Below are positions 1 to 11,180 of a stretch of DNA of 64,000 bases, in pieces; positions within the stretch are counted from its first letter, which is position 1; the number at the start of each line of letters is the position of its first letter. The position numbers and the translations under genes were made by a program. The stretch covers positions 1,366,001 to 1,430,000 of the forward strand of contig CM075993.1 of assembly GCA_038087875.1 (NCBI GenBank), read 5' to 3'. This DNA comes from Malacoraja senta. Lineage: Eukaryota. The notes under the pieces were generated by a model. It was not told where the DNA came from, ran no database searches, and saw only the letters and a list, made by a program, of their open reading frames with translations.

Positions 1-332
1 CCATTCGGTCCATCAAGCCTACGCCATTCAATCATGGCTGATCTATCTCTCCCTCCTAACCCCATTCTCCTGCTTTCTCCCCATAACCCCTGACACCCGT
101 ACTAATCAAGAATCTGTCAATCTACACCTTAAAAATACCCAATGACTTGGCCTCCACAGCCATCTGTGGCAATGAATTCCACAGATTCGCCACCCTCTGG
201 CTAAAGAAATTCATTCTCATCTCCTTTCTAAAGATACGCCCTTTTATTCTGACGCTATGGCCTCCAGTCCTAGACTCCCCCAATAGTGGAAACATCCTCC
301 CCACATTCACTCTATCCAGGCCTTTCACTATT
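1..332 (-). mobile_element. CR1-type LINE 3' fragment
   Basis: ORF 122-328(-) KGLDRV..ESRTGGHS..NFFSQRVANLWNSLP is the CR1 ORF2 C-terminus, followed by the 3' UTR seen in other copies here. Confidence 0.85.
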
Positions 333-774
333 CGGAGTTATCTCAGGACATATTCCATCGGCCAGTCTGCCTGCAAGAGTTAATATTGCCTGGACTCTAC
401 TAACAACTAGGCCCCTGTTGAGGCCACACCTGGACCATTGTGCACAGGTCAGGTCCTCCTGACAACAAGGAGGTGGAATCTATGAAAGCAGAGAGCAGCC
501 AAGGTTCACCAATTTAATTCCAGGGATAGAGAGCCATGGGCCAAACGCAGGCAAATGGGACTAGTTCAGATGGGCATCTTGGCCCACTTGGACGAGCGTG
601 GCCGAAGGGCCTGTTTCCGTGCTGTGTGACCCTATGACCTTTTGACATGTTTTCAAAGGTGGCTAAGTCTTCAGTCTGGAGTTTAGAACAGTCAGAATGA
701 TCTGGGTATGTAGACAACTAGTGTGGACCATTTGGACAGCCTTGGTCCCATGAGTGAGCCTGGCAGGAGACATG

Positions 775-982
775 CGTAGGAAGGAACTGCAGATGCTGGT
801 TTTATCCGAAGATGGACACAAAAAGGCTGGCGTAGAACTCAGCGGGACAGGCAGCATCTCTGGAGAGAAGGAATGGGTGACGTTTCGGGTCGAGACCCTT
901 CTTCAGACCTGAAACGTCACCCAATCCTTCTCTCCAGAGATGCTGCCTGTCCCGCTGAGTTTTACTCCAGCCTTTTGTGTCG
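775..982. mobile_element. Penelope-tail-derived short repeat, head-to-head inverted pair
   Basis: gacacaaaa..ctcagcgggacaggcagcatctctggagagaagga..gacgtttc is mirrored by gaaacgtc..tccttctctccagagatgctgcctgtcccgctgag..ttttgtgtc; same family as the tail of the Penelope ORF at 53264-53510. Confidence 0.8.
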
Positions 983-1379
983 ACCTGCTGGCAGGTGGGA
1001 ACGAGTGTGGTGACTGGGGCAGGATGTGCACTTTGCCACCTATATGACCATCGCTTCAGTCATTATTTTCAAGCTGGGTTGTCAAGATCTCTTCAATTGT
1101 ACCCCTCTTATCATTGAATTTTATCAATGTTCGTTTTTTTCAATTCTTTTAATTTATTCTGACCTCTTGAACTATTAAGTCCCAGTTCCCCATTGTGTAT
1201 TACCACCTGATCCATTTGTTTTTTAAAGTACTGCTAATTTTATTAATATTTACGATTAAATATCTGTTCCTGTGCTAACCTTATGAGTTCAGTTATTGTG
1301 GTGTACAGTAATATTTAAATAGGATAAGACTGCGCTGGTGTTATCTTTAGTAAAGTGTCATTTTGCATTCTGTCTTTCA

Positions 1380-1385
1380 AATAAA
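1380..1385 (+). terminator. Candidate poly(A) signal of an upstream gene
   Basis: AATAAA at the end of a non-repetitive AT-rich, 3'UTR-like block (about 1080-1440), followed by a T/GT-rich tract; no coding exon of such a gene is visible. Confidence 0.3.
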
Positions 1386-1454
1386 ATATATTAAATCAAA
1401 GAAATTAGTTCATATTTGTTCTCTTTGTGCATTATGTAACGCTACAAATGATTA

Positions 1455-3345
1455 ACAGTTTGGTTTAGTTTGTCACGTGTATCGAGGTACAGTGAAAAGC
1501 TTTTGTTACGTGCTAACCAGTCAGCAGAAAGGCAATACGTGATTACAATCGAGCCTTTCAAATGTATAGACACACATGATAAGGGAATCGCGTTTAGTGC
1601 AGGTTAAAACTAGTAAAGTCCAATCAAATATAGTTTGAGGGTCATCAAAGAGGTAGATAGTAGTTCAGCACTGCTCTCTGGTTGTGGTAGGATGGTTCAG
1701 TTGCCTGATAACAGCTGGGAATAAACTCCCCGAATCTGGAGGTGTGCGTTTTCACACTTCTGTACCTTTTTGCCGCTGGGAGAAGAGAGAGTGGCCAGAG
1801 TATGACTCGTCCTTGATTATGCTGCTGGCCTTGCCATGGGAGTGAGATGAGGCAATGCCGTAAACCCTTCTTATAATGGACCAAACAGGGGGAGGTGATG
1901 TCTGTTATTGCCGGTTGTCCATTATAACCAAGTAGAGGATTATCATTCTATAAGTAGTGGAAACAAGGAACAACAGAAGCTGGTGAATGGACCAATGGAC
2001 ACAAAGTGCTGGAGGAACTCAGTGGGTCAGGCAGCATCTGTGGAGGGAAAGGACAACATTTCAGGTCAGGACCCTTCTTCAGACTGATGGGAGTAGGGGG
2101 GGGAGGAAGCTGGAAGAGAGATGGACAGGGCAAAGCCTGACAAATGATAGGTGGGTGCAGCTGAGCGGGAATAAAAGGGTAATTTTCAGGTCAGGTCAGT
2201 TTAGTTTATTGTTACGTGTACCGAGGTGCAGTGAAAATCTTTTGTTTCGTGCTAACCAGTCAGCAGAAAGACAATTCATGATTACAATCGATCCTTTTAA
2301 TGTATAGATAAATGATAAGAGAATAACGTTTAGAGCAAGGTAAAGCCAGAAAGGTCTGATCAAGGAGAGTCTGAGGGTCACCAAAGAGGTAGATAGTAGT
2401 TCAGCACTGCTCTCTGGTTGTGGTAGGATGATTCAGTTGCCTGATAACAGCTGGGAAGAAACTGTCCCTGAATCTGGAGGTGAGTGTTTTCACACTTCTA
2501 TACCTTTAGCCTGATGGGAGAGAGAAGAGGGAGTGGCCGGGGTGCGACTGGTCCTTGATTATGCTGCTGGCCTTGCCGAGGCAGCGTGAGGTGTAAATGG
2601 AGTTAATGGAAGGAAGGTTGGTTTTTCACAATTCGTTGCAATTTCTTGCGGTCTTGGATGGAGCTGTTCCCAAACCAAGCTGCGATGCATCCCAATAAAA
2701 TGCTTTCTGTGGCGCATCTGTAGAAGTTGGTGAGAGTTGCAGGGGACATGCCAAACTTCCTAAGCCTTCTAAGGAAGTAGAGACAATGGATAGTGAGGAA
2801 AGTGCTTCAGTCTGCACTTCCTCGACACCACAGAATGAAGACTCTCAGTGAGATCTCAGCCATTGGCACGGTTCCTGAATAGATTCAAGATTCAAGAGTC
2901 AAGTGAGTTTATTGTCATGTGTCCCAGATACGACGATGAAATTCTTGCTTTGCTTCAGCACAACAGAACATAGAAGGCATAAATAAATACAGAACAGATC
3001 AGTGTGACCATATACCATTGAATATATATATATACACACACATAAACAAGCAGATAAAGTACAATGGGCAATTAATGTTCAGAGTTTTGTTTGAGTTGAG
3101 TTTAATAGCCTGATGGCTGTGGGGAAGTAGCTATTCCTGAACCTGGATGTTGCAGATTTCGGGCTCCTGTACCTTCTACCTGAAGGCAGCGGGGTGATGA
3201 GTGAGTGGCCAGGATGGTGTGGGTCCTTGATGATGCTGCCAGCCTTTTTGAGGCAATGACTGCGATAGATCCCCTCGATGGTAGGGAGGTCAGAGCCGAT
3301 GATGGACTGGGCAGTGGTCACAACTTTTTGCAGTCTTTTCCGTTC
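1455..3345 (-). mobile_element. Cluster of Rex1/Babar-like LINE 3' fragments (about 1455-1850, 2195-2790, 2880-3345)
   Basis: ORF 3079-3321(-) AQSIIGSDLPTIEGIY..IIKDPHHPGHSL..LPSGRRYRS..SRFRNSYFPTAIRLLN; related text at 1645-1884 and 2626-2817. Confidence 0.75.
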
Positions 3346-3747
3346 CTATGATGCCCAACAACCAAGGTGGGGCAAGAGATGGAAGTGGGTCCTTGAACAG
3401 GGCCATGCCAGCAATCAGTGACCACAGGCAAATCCATCTTCTCTCAAATAAGGTCATAAATGATGGGAGTAGAATTAGGCCATTCGGCCCATCAAGTCTA
3501 TCCCGCCATTCAATCTAGGCTGATCTACCTCTCCCTCCTAACCCCATTCTCCCGCCTTCTACACGTAACCAAATATGTGTAGGAAGGAACTGCAGATGCT
3601 GGTTTTACACCGAAGATGGACACCAAGTGCTGGAGTAACTGTGGGAGAGACGGGATGGGTGATGTTTTGGGTGGAGATGCTGTCTCACATTGGGGGGGGG
3701 GGGGGCGCCCCGGCCTTGGCGGGCTCTCGGACAACCACCACTCTCGG

Positions 3748-3781
3748 CCAATCGGGGGCGGGCGTTGCAGGGGTATATAAA
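3748..3781 (+). promoter_or_regulatory. CCAAT box + GC box + TATA box (histone-promoter-like)
   Basis: CCAAT 3748-3752, GGGGCGGGCG about 3755-3764 and TATATAAA 3774-3781 in canonical order in a CpG-rich patch. Confidence 0.5.
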
Positions 3782-3784
3782 GAG

Positions 3785-4260
3785 ACAGCGGGCAGTGGAC
3801 GGAGGAGAAGAGAGCGGGCGGTGGACGGAGCGGGCGGTGGACGGAGAAGAGAGTGGACGGAGCGGGCGGTGGACGGAGAAGAGAGTGGACGGAGCGGGCG
3901 GTGGATGGAGAAGAGAGCGGGCGGTGGACGGAGCGGGCGGTGGACGGAGAAGAGAGTGGACGGAGAAGAGAGCGGGCGGTGGACGGAGCGGGCGGTGGAC
4001 GGAGAAGAGAGTGGACGGAGCGGGCGGTGGATGGAGAAGAGAGCGGGCGGTGGACGGAGCGGGCAGTGGACGGAGAAGAGAGTGGACGGAGCGGGCGGTG
4101 GATGGAGAAGAGAGCGGGCGGTGGATGGAGAAGAGAGCGGGCGGTGGATGGAGCGGGCGGTGGACGAGAAGAGAGTGGACGAAGAAGAGAGCGGGCGGTG
4201 GACGGAGCGGGCGGTGGACGGAGGGGAAGAGAGCGGGCGGTGGACGGAGCGGGCAGTGGT
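3785..4260 (+). repeat. Purine-rich compound minisatellite (gagcgggcggtggacg / gagaagagagtggacg)
   Basis: Directly visible irregular tandem array; explains the repetitive ERAVDGEESGRW ORFs. Confidence 0.95.
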
Positions 4261-4396
4261 CATCCTGGGCCATTGAGCCGTCTGCTGTATCCGCGGGTCA
4301 CCCTCCTCCCTCACTAACCCCTCCCCAGCCCCATCTTTAGTCGCCCCCCCCCCCAACCCTCACACTCTTAACCCGCCCCCACCCTCAACCCCAATC

Positions 4397-5672
4397 AAGG
4401 CTCTTCCAAGAGCCACCGCAAAGAGCTACAACCTCCCTGTCGAGGCGGGCGGGCGATCGCTCCCGGGCCGCTGGTCAGCGGGTGGGCGGTCCGGAGTGGA
4501 TGCTCCCGCCAGCGGTCAGAGTCCCGCCGCCTCCCTCGCCCTCGGCCCGACAAAGGTTCTTCTAAGAAGCGCTGGAAAGAGCTGCAACCTCGGGCAGTCT
4601 CTGGCCGGGGCCGGGGGTGGACCAAGCGAGGGTGGACAGCCGCTGACCACAGCAGTCCTGGGTAGTGAAGACCGATCTCCGCCCCACACCCGGATCAGTG
4701 CTAGCTTCGCCCGGCCGGGCTCTGTGGACACTGACCCATGTCCGTCCAACGTGGTCAAGGGCTTCCCGCGGTAGACCACCCCAAATGGAGCAACGTCGTG
4801 GTCAAAGTCCCGCCGCCTCCACCCTCGGCCCGACAAAGGCTCTTCCAAGAGCCGCTGGAAAGAGCTACAACCTCGGCCAGTCTCCGTCCCCCGGGCCGGG
4901 GGGTTGACCTGGTGCGGGCCAAGCGCGGGTTGACCATGGGTGAAGTTCTCGGCAGCTGTCCACACCTGGATCAGTCTCTGGGGGAGAGCCGGCGCCACCA
5001 GAAGCCACCGAGATGTCGCTCCACAAACCACCCCACAGTGTGGAAGATAGACACAAAATGCTGGAGAAACTCAGCGGTGAGGCAGCATCTATGGAGACGT
5101 TTCTGGTCGAGACCCTTCCCATTCCTTCTCTCCATAGATGCTGCCTCACACCCGCTCAGTTTCTCCAGCATTTCGTGTCCACCATCGATTTTATCCAGCA
5201 TCTGCAGTTCTTTCTCACACACCCAGCGTGGGAGAGATCGCTCGGGACAGTCCCGTGTTACCGGTCTCAGCGTCGAGCTGAACCCGGCCGGGCTCGGAGA
5301 CACCACCTGTGCAGGAGGGAACTGCAGATGCTGGTTTAAACCAAATATAGACACAAAAAGCTGGAGTAACTCAGTGGGACAGGCAGCATCTCTGGAGAGA
5401 AGGAATGGGTGAGGTTTCGGGTCGAGATGGAGTCTTCTCTGAAGAAGGGCCTCGACTGTCAAAACCTTCCATCTGTTCCTGATCGCCACAAACCCTCGCC
5501 TTTGGCCCAACAAAAGCCCTTTCAAGAGTCACCGAAGACCGACAACCTCGTAACGGTGGAGACTGGACCTTGTCCGCGTGGCGTGAGGATCGGTGTGGAC
5601 CAGAGTTGCTGGCGACCACGGCCTGGGACCAACAAAGGCTCTTCCAAGAGCCACCGAGCAGAGCTCCAACCT
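4397..5672 (+). repeat. Five dispersed copies of a histone-3'-end-like cassette
   Basis: Stem-loops at 4399-4414, 4555-4570 (GGTTCT-TCTA-AGAAGC), 4838-4853, degenerate about 5515-5530, and 5637-5652; the four better copies are followed by (AA)AGAGCT and caacct. Confidence 0.7.
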
Positions 5673-6061
5673 CTGACACAGTTTGGGTTTCTTGGCGATT
5701 CCCAACATGTATTTACTTGCGCCACAGAAGGAGCTGTGACCTCTAGTTGAACACCACCACTCAGTCCGCCTGGACCCACCTGATCTCCCAGTTGCCAAAC
5801 ACTTTAATTCTCATTCCCATTCCCACACTGACCTTTCTGTCATTGGCCTCCATTGTCAGAGAGAGGCCAAAGGCAAATTGGAGGAACAGCATCTCATATT
5901 TCTCTTGGGCAGCTTACAGCACAGTGGTATGATATTGATTTCTCTAACGTCAAACCGCTGTTTGATTAGGTTATGGATAGGGACAGAGAGAGCCCATGTG
6001 TTAAAATGCTAAATTGGGGTAAGGCCAATTTTGAGGGTATGAGTGAAGTTCTCACTCAAGT

Positions 6062-6152
6062 GAAGAAGGGTTTCGGCCCGAAAGGTTGCCTATTTCCTTC
6101 GCTCCATAGATGCTGCTGCACCCGCTGAGTTTCTCCAGCATTTTTGTGTACC
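6062..6152 (+). mobile_element. About 90-bp Penelope-tail insert with 13-bp TSD
   Basis: TSD ttctcactcaagt at 6049-6061 and 6153-6165. Confidence 0.85.
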
Positions 6153-6179
6153 TTCTCACTCAAGTTGATTGGGCAGGTT

Positions 6180-6562
6180 AAGTAAGTAAGTAAGTTTATT
6201 GGCCAAGTATTCACATACAAGGAATTTGCCTTGGTGCTCCGCCCACAAGTAACAACATGACATACAGTGACAGTTACGAATGACTCAGAAAACACTAAAC
6301 ATTAATAATAAAACATTAATGATAAAACACCATTGATCAAGCATGTGAACCAACAAAATACCAGATCAAAGGGAGGCTACAGATTTTTGGCTGTTGAGTA
6401 GAGCAGCTACTCGTGGATAAAAACTGTTTTTATGTCTGGCTGTGGCAGCTTTGACAATCCGGAGTCGCCTTCCAGAGGGAAGTGATTCAAAGAGTTTGTG
6501 GCCAGGGTGAGAGGGGTCAGAGATGATCTTGCCCGCTCGCTTCCTGGCTCTTGCAGTGTACA
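6180..6562 (-). mobile_element. Rex1/Babar-like LINE 3' fragment nested in CR1
   Basis: ORF 6366-6671(-) RARKRAGKIISDPSHPGHKLFESLPSGRRLR..RHKNSFYP; (ACTT)n tail. Confidence 0.75.
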
Positions 6563-6716
6563 GTTTATCAATGCTAGGTGAGGGGAAAAGAACATCAGCC
6601 AAGTGGGATGTTTTTAAAAGTGTGCTGACAAAAGCTCGGGATATGCACGTCCTCGTTAGAGTGAAGGGCAAGGCAGGTAAACGTAAGGAAGCTTGGTTGA
6701 CAGGGAAATTGAGGCA

Positions 6717-7118
6717 ATCCGTGGATTGTCACCTTGTGGTGGAGAAGCTTGTGTGGTCCTGAGAGCTATGCCGTGTCCTGGAAGGGCCACCCATGGCAGT
6801 AAGGTCGAGGGGAAGGTCTCCGATAAAGAGCATTCCAACCGAGACCTCAACGGTGGAACAGGCGGAGGACGATCGCTGACCTTAGTGGAGCGTTACAATG
6901 GCTGGGAAGGCGGATGAAGGCTGCAGCAGAAAAGGGTCTCCGGTCATCTTGGACTCCATGCCACTGGATCCTGACCCAGATCTGTCAAGTACCTTGGGGT
7001 GGCTGTCTGTGCACCAGTCTCCCCACGTTAAACAAAGTCACTCGCAGGCGTCCTCCATATAGGGAATAGCACCCTGGAGACACCCATGGTCAGCCATGAC
7101 CAAAGGAGGTCTAAGAAG
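6717..7118 (+). mobile_element. RTE-clade 5'UTR-like insert nested in CR1
   Basis: caccttgtggtggagaagcttgtgtgg..gagctatgccg..agggccacccatgg resembles RTE/BovB 5' ends; CR1 sequence resumes on both sides. Confidence 0.5.
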
Positions 7119-8040
7119 GTCAAGAATAAGAAGGATGCATGGGACAGGTAGAGACAACTGCGATCAACTGCATCCCTGAAGGAGTTTTGGGAACTAAAGA
7201 GTAAACTAAAAAAGGAAATCAGAAGGGCAAAAAGGGGCCAGGTGACAGCTCTGGCAGATGGCATTAAGGACAATCCCAAGAGATTTTATAAATACATAAA
7301 GGGGAACTAGAGAGAGTGGGACCCCTCAGGAATCAAAGCGGTCACCTCTGTGTGGAGCCACAGGAGATGGGCAAGGTCTTCAATTAATATTTCTCTATTT
7401 ACCGAGGAGAAAGACAGTAGGACGGAGGAAGTTGGGGCAGTTAATGGAACTGTCTTGAGAGCAGTCAACGTTATGGTTGAAGAGGAGCTGAAGGTACTAT
7501 CGTGTATGAAGTAGACAAGTCTCCAGGGCCTGATCAGATATATCCGAGGATATTGTGGGGAAACTAGAGAGGAAATTGCGGGAGCCCTAGTTGAAATTTA
7601 TGAGCTGTCTTTAAATACAGGAGAGATGCCGGAAGACTGGAGGGTGGCAAATGTGCCTCTTTTCAAGAAGGGCTACAGAGAAAATGCTGGGAACTATAGG
7701 CCGGTGAGCATAACATCTGTAGTTGGAAAGTTATCAGAGAGTATTCTGAGGGATAGGATATACATGTATTTAGATGGACATGGGCTGATTAGGGATAATC
7801 AGCATGGTTTTGTACATGGGAGGTTGTGTCTCACAAATCTGATAGATTTTCTTGAAGACTTGACCAAGCAGGTGGATGAGGGCAGGGCTGTAGATGTTAT
7901 TTATGGACATCAGTAAAGCATTTGACAAGGTTCCACGTGGTAGGCTGCTCTGGAAGGTTAGATCGCATGGGATCCAAGGAGAAATAGTTGAATGGATAGA
8001 AAATTGGCTTCTTGGTGGGAAGCAGAGGGTGATGGTGGAA

Positions 8041-8758
8041 CTCTACTTCCTGAGAAGATTACGGAGATTCGGCATGTCGAAGAGGATTCTCCTAAACTTC
8101 TACAGGTGCACGCTAGAGAGCATTCTGACTGGTTGCATCGTGGCCTGGTTCGGCAACTTGAACGTCCAGGAGTGAAAAAGACTACAAAAAGTTGTGACCA
8201 CTGCCCAGTCCATCACTGGCTTTGACCTCCCCACCATCTAATTTTTTTAATTCATGTATTGTGGGGTTTTTAATATATAATTTATGATGCTTTTATAAGT
8301 GATATACTAAGATTTTATATGTACTTTATGATATTTTTAATATACAATGCATTTTTATGTAATGTTGCCCCTTGTCTGGACCTTGAGTCCGAAATAAAGT
8401 TTATTATTATCGTAGTCGCTGCCTCAAAAAGGCAGCCAAAATCATCAAGGACCCACACCATCCTGGCCACACACTCATCTCACCACTGCCATCAGGAAGA
8501 AGGTACAAGAGCCTGAAGACTGCAACGTCCAGGTTCAGGAACAGCTTCTTCCCCACAGGCTATTAAACAACACCGAATAACCTCTGAACTGCAAAAGACT
8601 ATATTATTATTTGTTATTTGCACGATATTTGTTATTTATTGAACTTTTTCTTTTTTCCCCCGTTATATACAATGTTTACATATTCACATATTCTGTTGTG
8701 CTGCAGCAAGTAAGAATTTCATTGTCCCGTCCGGGACATATGACAATAAAACACTCTT
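8041..8758 (+). mobile_element. Rex1/Babar-like LINE 3' part nested in CR1 RT
   Basis: LYFLRRLRRFGMSKRILLNFYRCTLESILTGCI; CR1 text gatggtggaa|ggttgcttc is split around it; an AT-rich insert about 8239-8410 lies inside. Confidence 0.8.
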
Positions 8759-10056
8759 GAAGGTTGCTTCTTGGACTGGAGGCCTGAGACTAGTGGTGTG
8801 CCTCAGGGTTCGGTGCTGGGCCCATTACTGTTTGTCATCTATATCAATGATTCAGATGAGAATATACAGGGCAAGATTAGCAAGTTTGCTGATGATACAA
8901 AAGTGGGTGGTTCAGCAGATAGTGAAGATGGTTGTGAAAAATAGCAGCAGGATCTTGATCGATTGGCCAGATGGACTAAGAAATAGTTGATGGAATTTAA
9001 TACAAAGAAATGTGAGGTGTTGCATTTTAGGAAGTCTACATAGTAGAAGGTGAGGCTCTGAGGAGTGTGGTAGAGCAGAGGGATCTAGGAGTGTGGTTCC
9101 ATGTAGGTCGAGTCGCAGGTAGATAAGATGGCCAAAAAGGCTTTTGGCAAATTGGCCTTCATCAGTCAGAGTATTGAGTATAGAAGTTGGGAGGTCATGT
9201 TGCAGTTGTATAAACGTTGGTGAGGCCGCATTTAGAGTATTGTGTTCAGTTCTGAGCACCATGTTACAGGAAAGATGTTGTCAAGCTGGAAAAGGGTACA
9301 GAGAAGATTTACGAGGATGTTGCCAGGACTACAGGGTCTGAGCTATAGGCAGAGGTTGAGTAGGCTGGGACTCTATTCCTTGGAGCGCAGGAGGATGAGG
9401 GGTGATCTTATAGAGGTGTATAAAATCATGAGAGGAATAGATCGGGTAGATGCACCGGGTCTCTTGCCCAGAGTAGGGGAATCAAGGACCAGTGTACATA
9501 GGTTTAAGGTGAAGGGGAAAAGATTTAATAGGAATCTGAGGGGTAACTTTTTCACGCAAATGTTGGTGGGTGCATGGAACAAGTTGAGGCTGGGACTATA
9601 CCGACATTTAAGAAACATTTAGACAGGTACATGGATAGGACAGGTTTGGAGGATATGGACCAAACGCGGACAGGTGGAACTAATGTAGCTAGGACATGTT
9701 GGCCGGTGTGGGCAAGTTGGGCCGAAGGGCCTGTTTCCACGCTCTATGACTAAACAGAGTGTGTAGGAAGGAACTGCAGATGCTGGTTTACACCAAAGAT
9801 AGAAACAAAAATGCTGGAGTAACTCAGCGGGACAGGCAGGAGAAAAATACCGGAAACATCACCCATTCTTTCACTTAAAAGTAACCAAGCCTCTAACCCA
9901 ACTTGTCCATGTTGACCAAGATAACTCTAACCCCATCGACACTGGCTTCACCTGGGCCACATCACTCTAATCTTTCCTGTCCATGTACCTGTCCAAATGT
10001 TTTTAAATGCGGTTATAATACCTGCCTCAGGTACCTCGTCTGGCTCAATGCACGCA

Positions 10057-11037
10057 CCTCCCTCAGTCAGTGGGGCGCTCCCTCACTAAGCCCCTCCCCC
10101 GGGGGCGCTCCCTCACTAAGCCCCTCCCTCAGTCAGTGGGGCGCTCCCTCACTAAGCCCCTCCCCCGGGGGCGCTCCCTCACTAAGCCCCTCCCTCAGTG
10201 GGGGCGCTCCCTCACTAAGCCCCTCCCTCAGTGGGATGCTCCCTCACTAAGCCCCTCCCTCAATGGGGGCGCTCCCTCACTAAGCCCCTCCCTCAGTGGG
10301 ATGCTCCCTCACTAAGCCCCTCCCTCAATGGGGGCGCTCCCTCACTAAGCCCCTCCCCTGGGGCGCTCCCTCACTAAGCCCCTCCCCCAGTGGGGGCGCT
10401 CCCTCACTAAGCCCCTCCCTCAGTGGGGGCGCTCCCTCATTAAGCCCCGCCCACAGCGGGGGCGCTCCCTCACTAAGCCCCTCCCTCAGTGGGGGTGCTC
10501 CCTCATTAAGCCCCGCCCACAGCGGGGCGCTCCCTCACTAAGCCCCTCCCTCAGTGGGGGCGCTCCCTCATTAAGCCCCTCCCTCAGTGGGATGCTCCCT
10601 CACTAAGCCCCTCCCTCAATGGGGGCGCTCCCTCACTAAGCCCCGCCCACTGTGGGGCGCTCCCTCTCTAAGCCCCTCCCCGGGGCGCTCCCTCACTAAG
10701 CCCCTCCCCCAGTGGGGGCGCTCCCTCACTAAGCCCCTCCCCCAGTGGGGGCGCTCCCTCACTAAGCCCCTCCCCCAGTGGGGGCGCTCCCTCACTAAGC
10801 CCCTCCCCCAGTGGGGGCGCTCCCTCACTAAGCCCCTCCCCCAGTGGGGGCGCTCCCTCACTAAGCCCCTCCCCCAGTGGGGGCGCTCCCTCACTAAGCC
10901 CCTCCCCCAGTGGGGGCGCTCCCTCACTAAGCCCCTCCCCCAGTGGGGGCGCTCCCTCACTAAGCCCCGCCCACTGTGGGGGCGCTCCCTCACTAAGCCC
11001 CTCCCCCAGTGGGGGCGCTCCCTCACTAAGCCCCTCC
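10057..11037 (+). repeat. 33-bp GC-rich minisatellite (gggggcgctccctcactaagcccctcccccagt), about 30 copies
   Basis: Direct tandem array; 11-aa periodicity WGRSLTKPLPQ in spurious ORFs; ends about 60 bp before the MFAP1 ATG. Confidence 0.95.
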
Positions 11038-11098
11038 TGCCATTGCAGTCTCCGCGCCGACATCTTGCGGCCCCGACACCGGCCCCGACACCATCACC

Positions 11099-11180
11099 AT
11101 GGCGGTCCCGCTCAGCCTCAGCGTCAAGCAGCCCCCCATCCAGTCTACGGCGGGGGCCGTGCCCGTCCTCAATGAGAAGG
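11099..11180 (+). CDS. MFAP1: MFAP1 coding exon 1
   Basis: accATGG Kozak context; [27 protein letters not shown](G); donor gtaagt at 11181. Confidence 0.95.

Larger units (their letters stand above)
3748..4427 (+). pseudogene. Decayed replication-dependent histone (H3-like) gene remnant
   Basis: Promoter boxes; 4269-4297 gccattgagccgtctgctgtatccgcggg resembles codons for H3 C-terminal DIQLARRIRG with CpG-type decay; stem-loop GGCTCT-TCCA-AGAGCC-ACC 4399-4417; HDE-like AAAGAGCT 4420-4427. Confidence 0.45.
5955..9752 (+). mobile_element. Decayed CR1 LINE (ORF2 and 3' tail) interrupted by several younger insertions
   Basis: ORFs 7626-7916 (PEDWRVANV..NYRPVS..QHGF), 7894 (DISKAFDKVP), FADD codons near 8885 and 9242-9622 (QRRFTRMLPG..); tail ends ctctatgact. 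Confidence 0.9.

Noticed and set aside
3575..4356. Several 150-230 aa ORFs (ERAVDGEESGRW, HRPLRPPPAL)
   Set aside because: Translations of a stop-poor minisatellite, open on both strands
4397..5672. CRISPR-like repeat-spacer pattern
   Set aside because: Vertebrate context, irregular 110-640 bp spacers that are partly homologous to each other, no cas genes
10057..11037. Array of CTCF sites in the minisatellite
   Set aside because: Only the GGGGGCGCT half matches; the 5' half departs from the CCASYAG consensus
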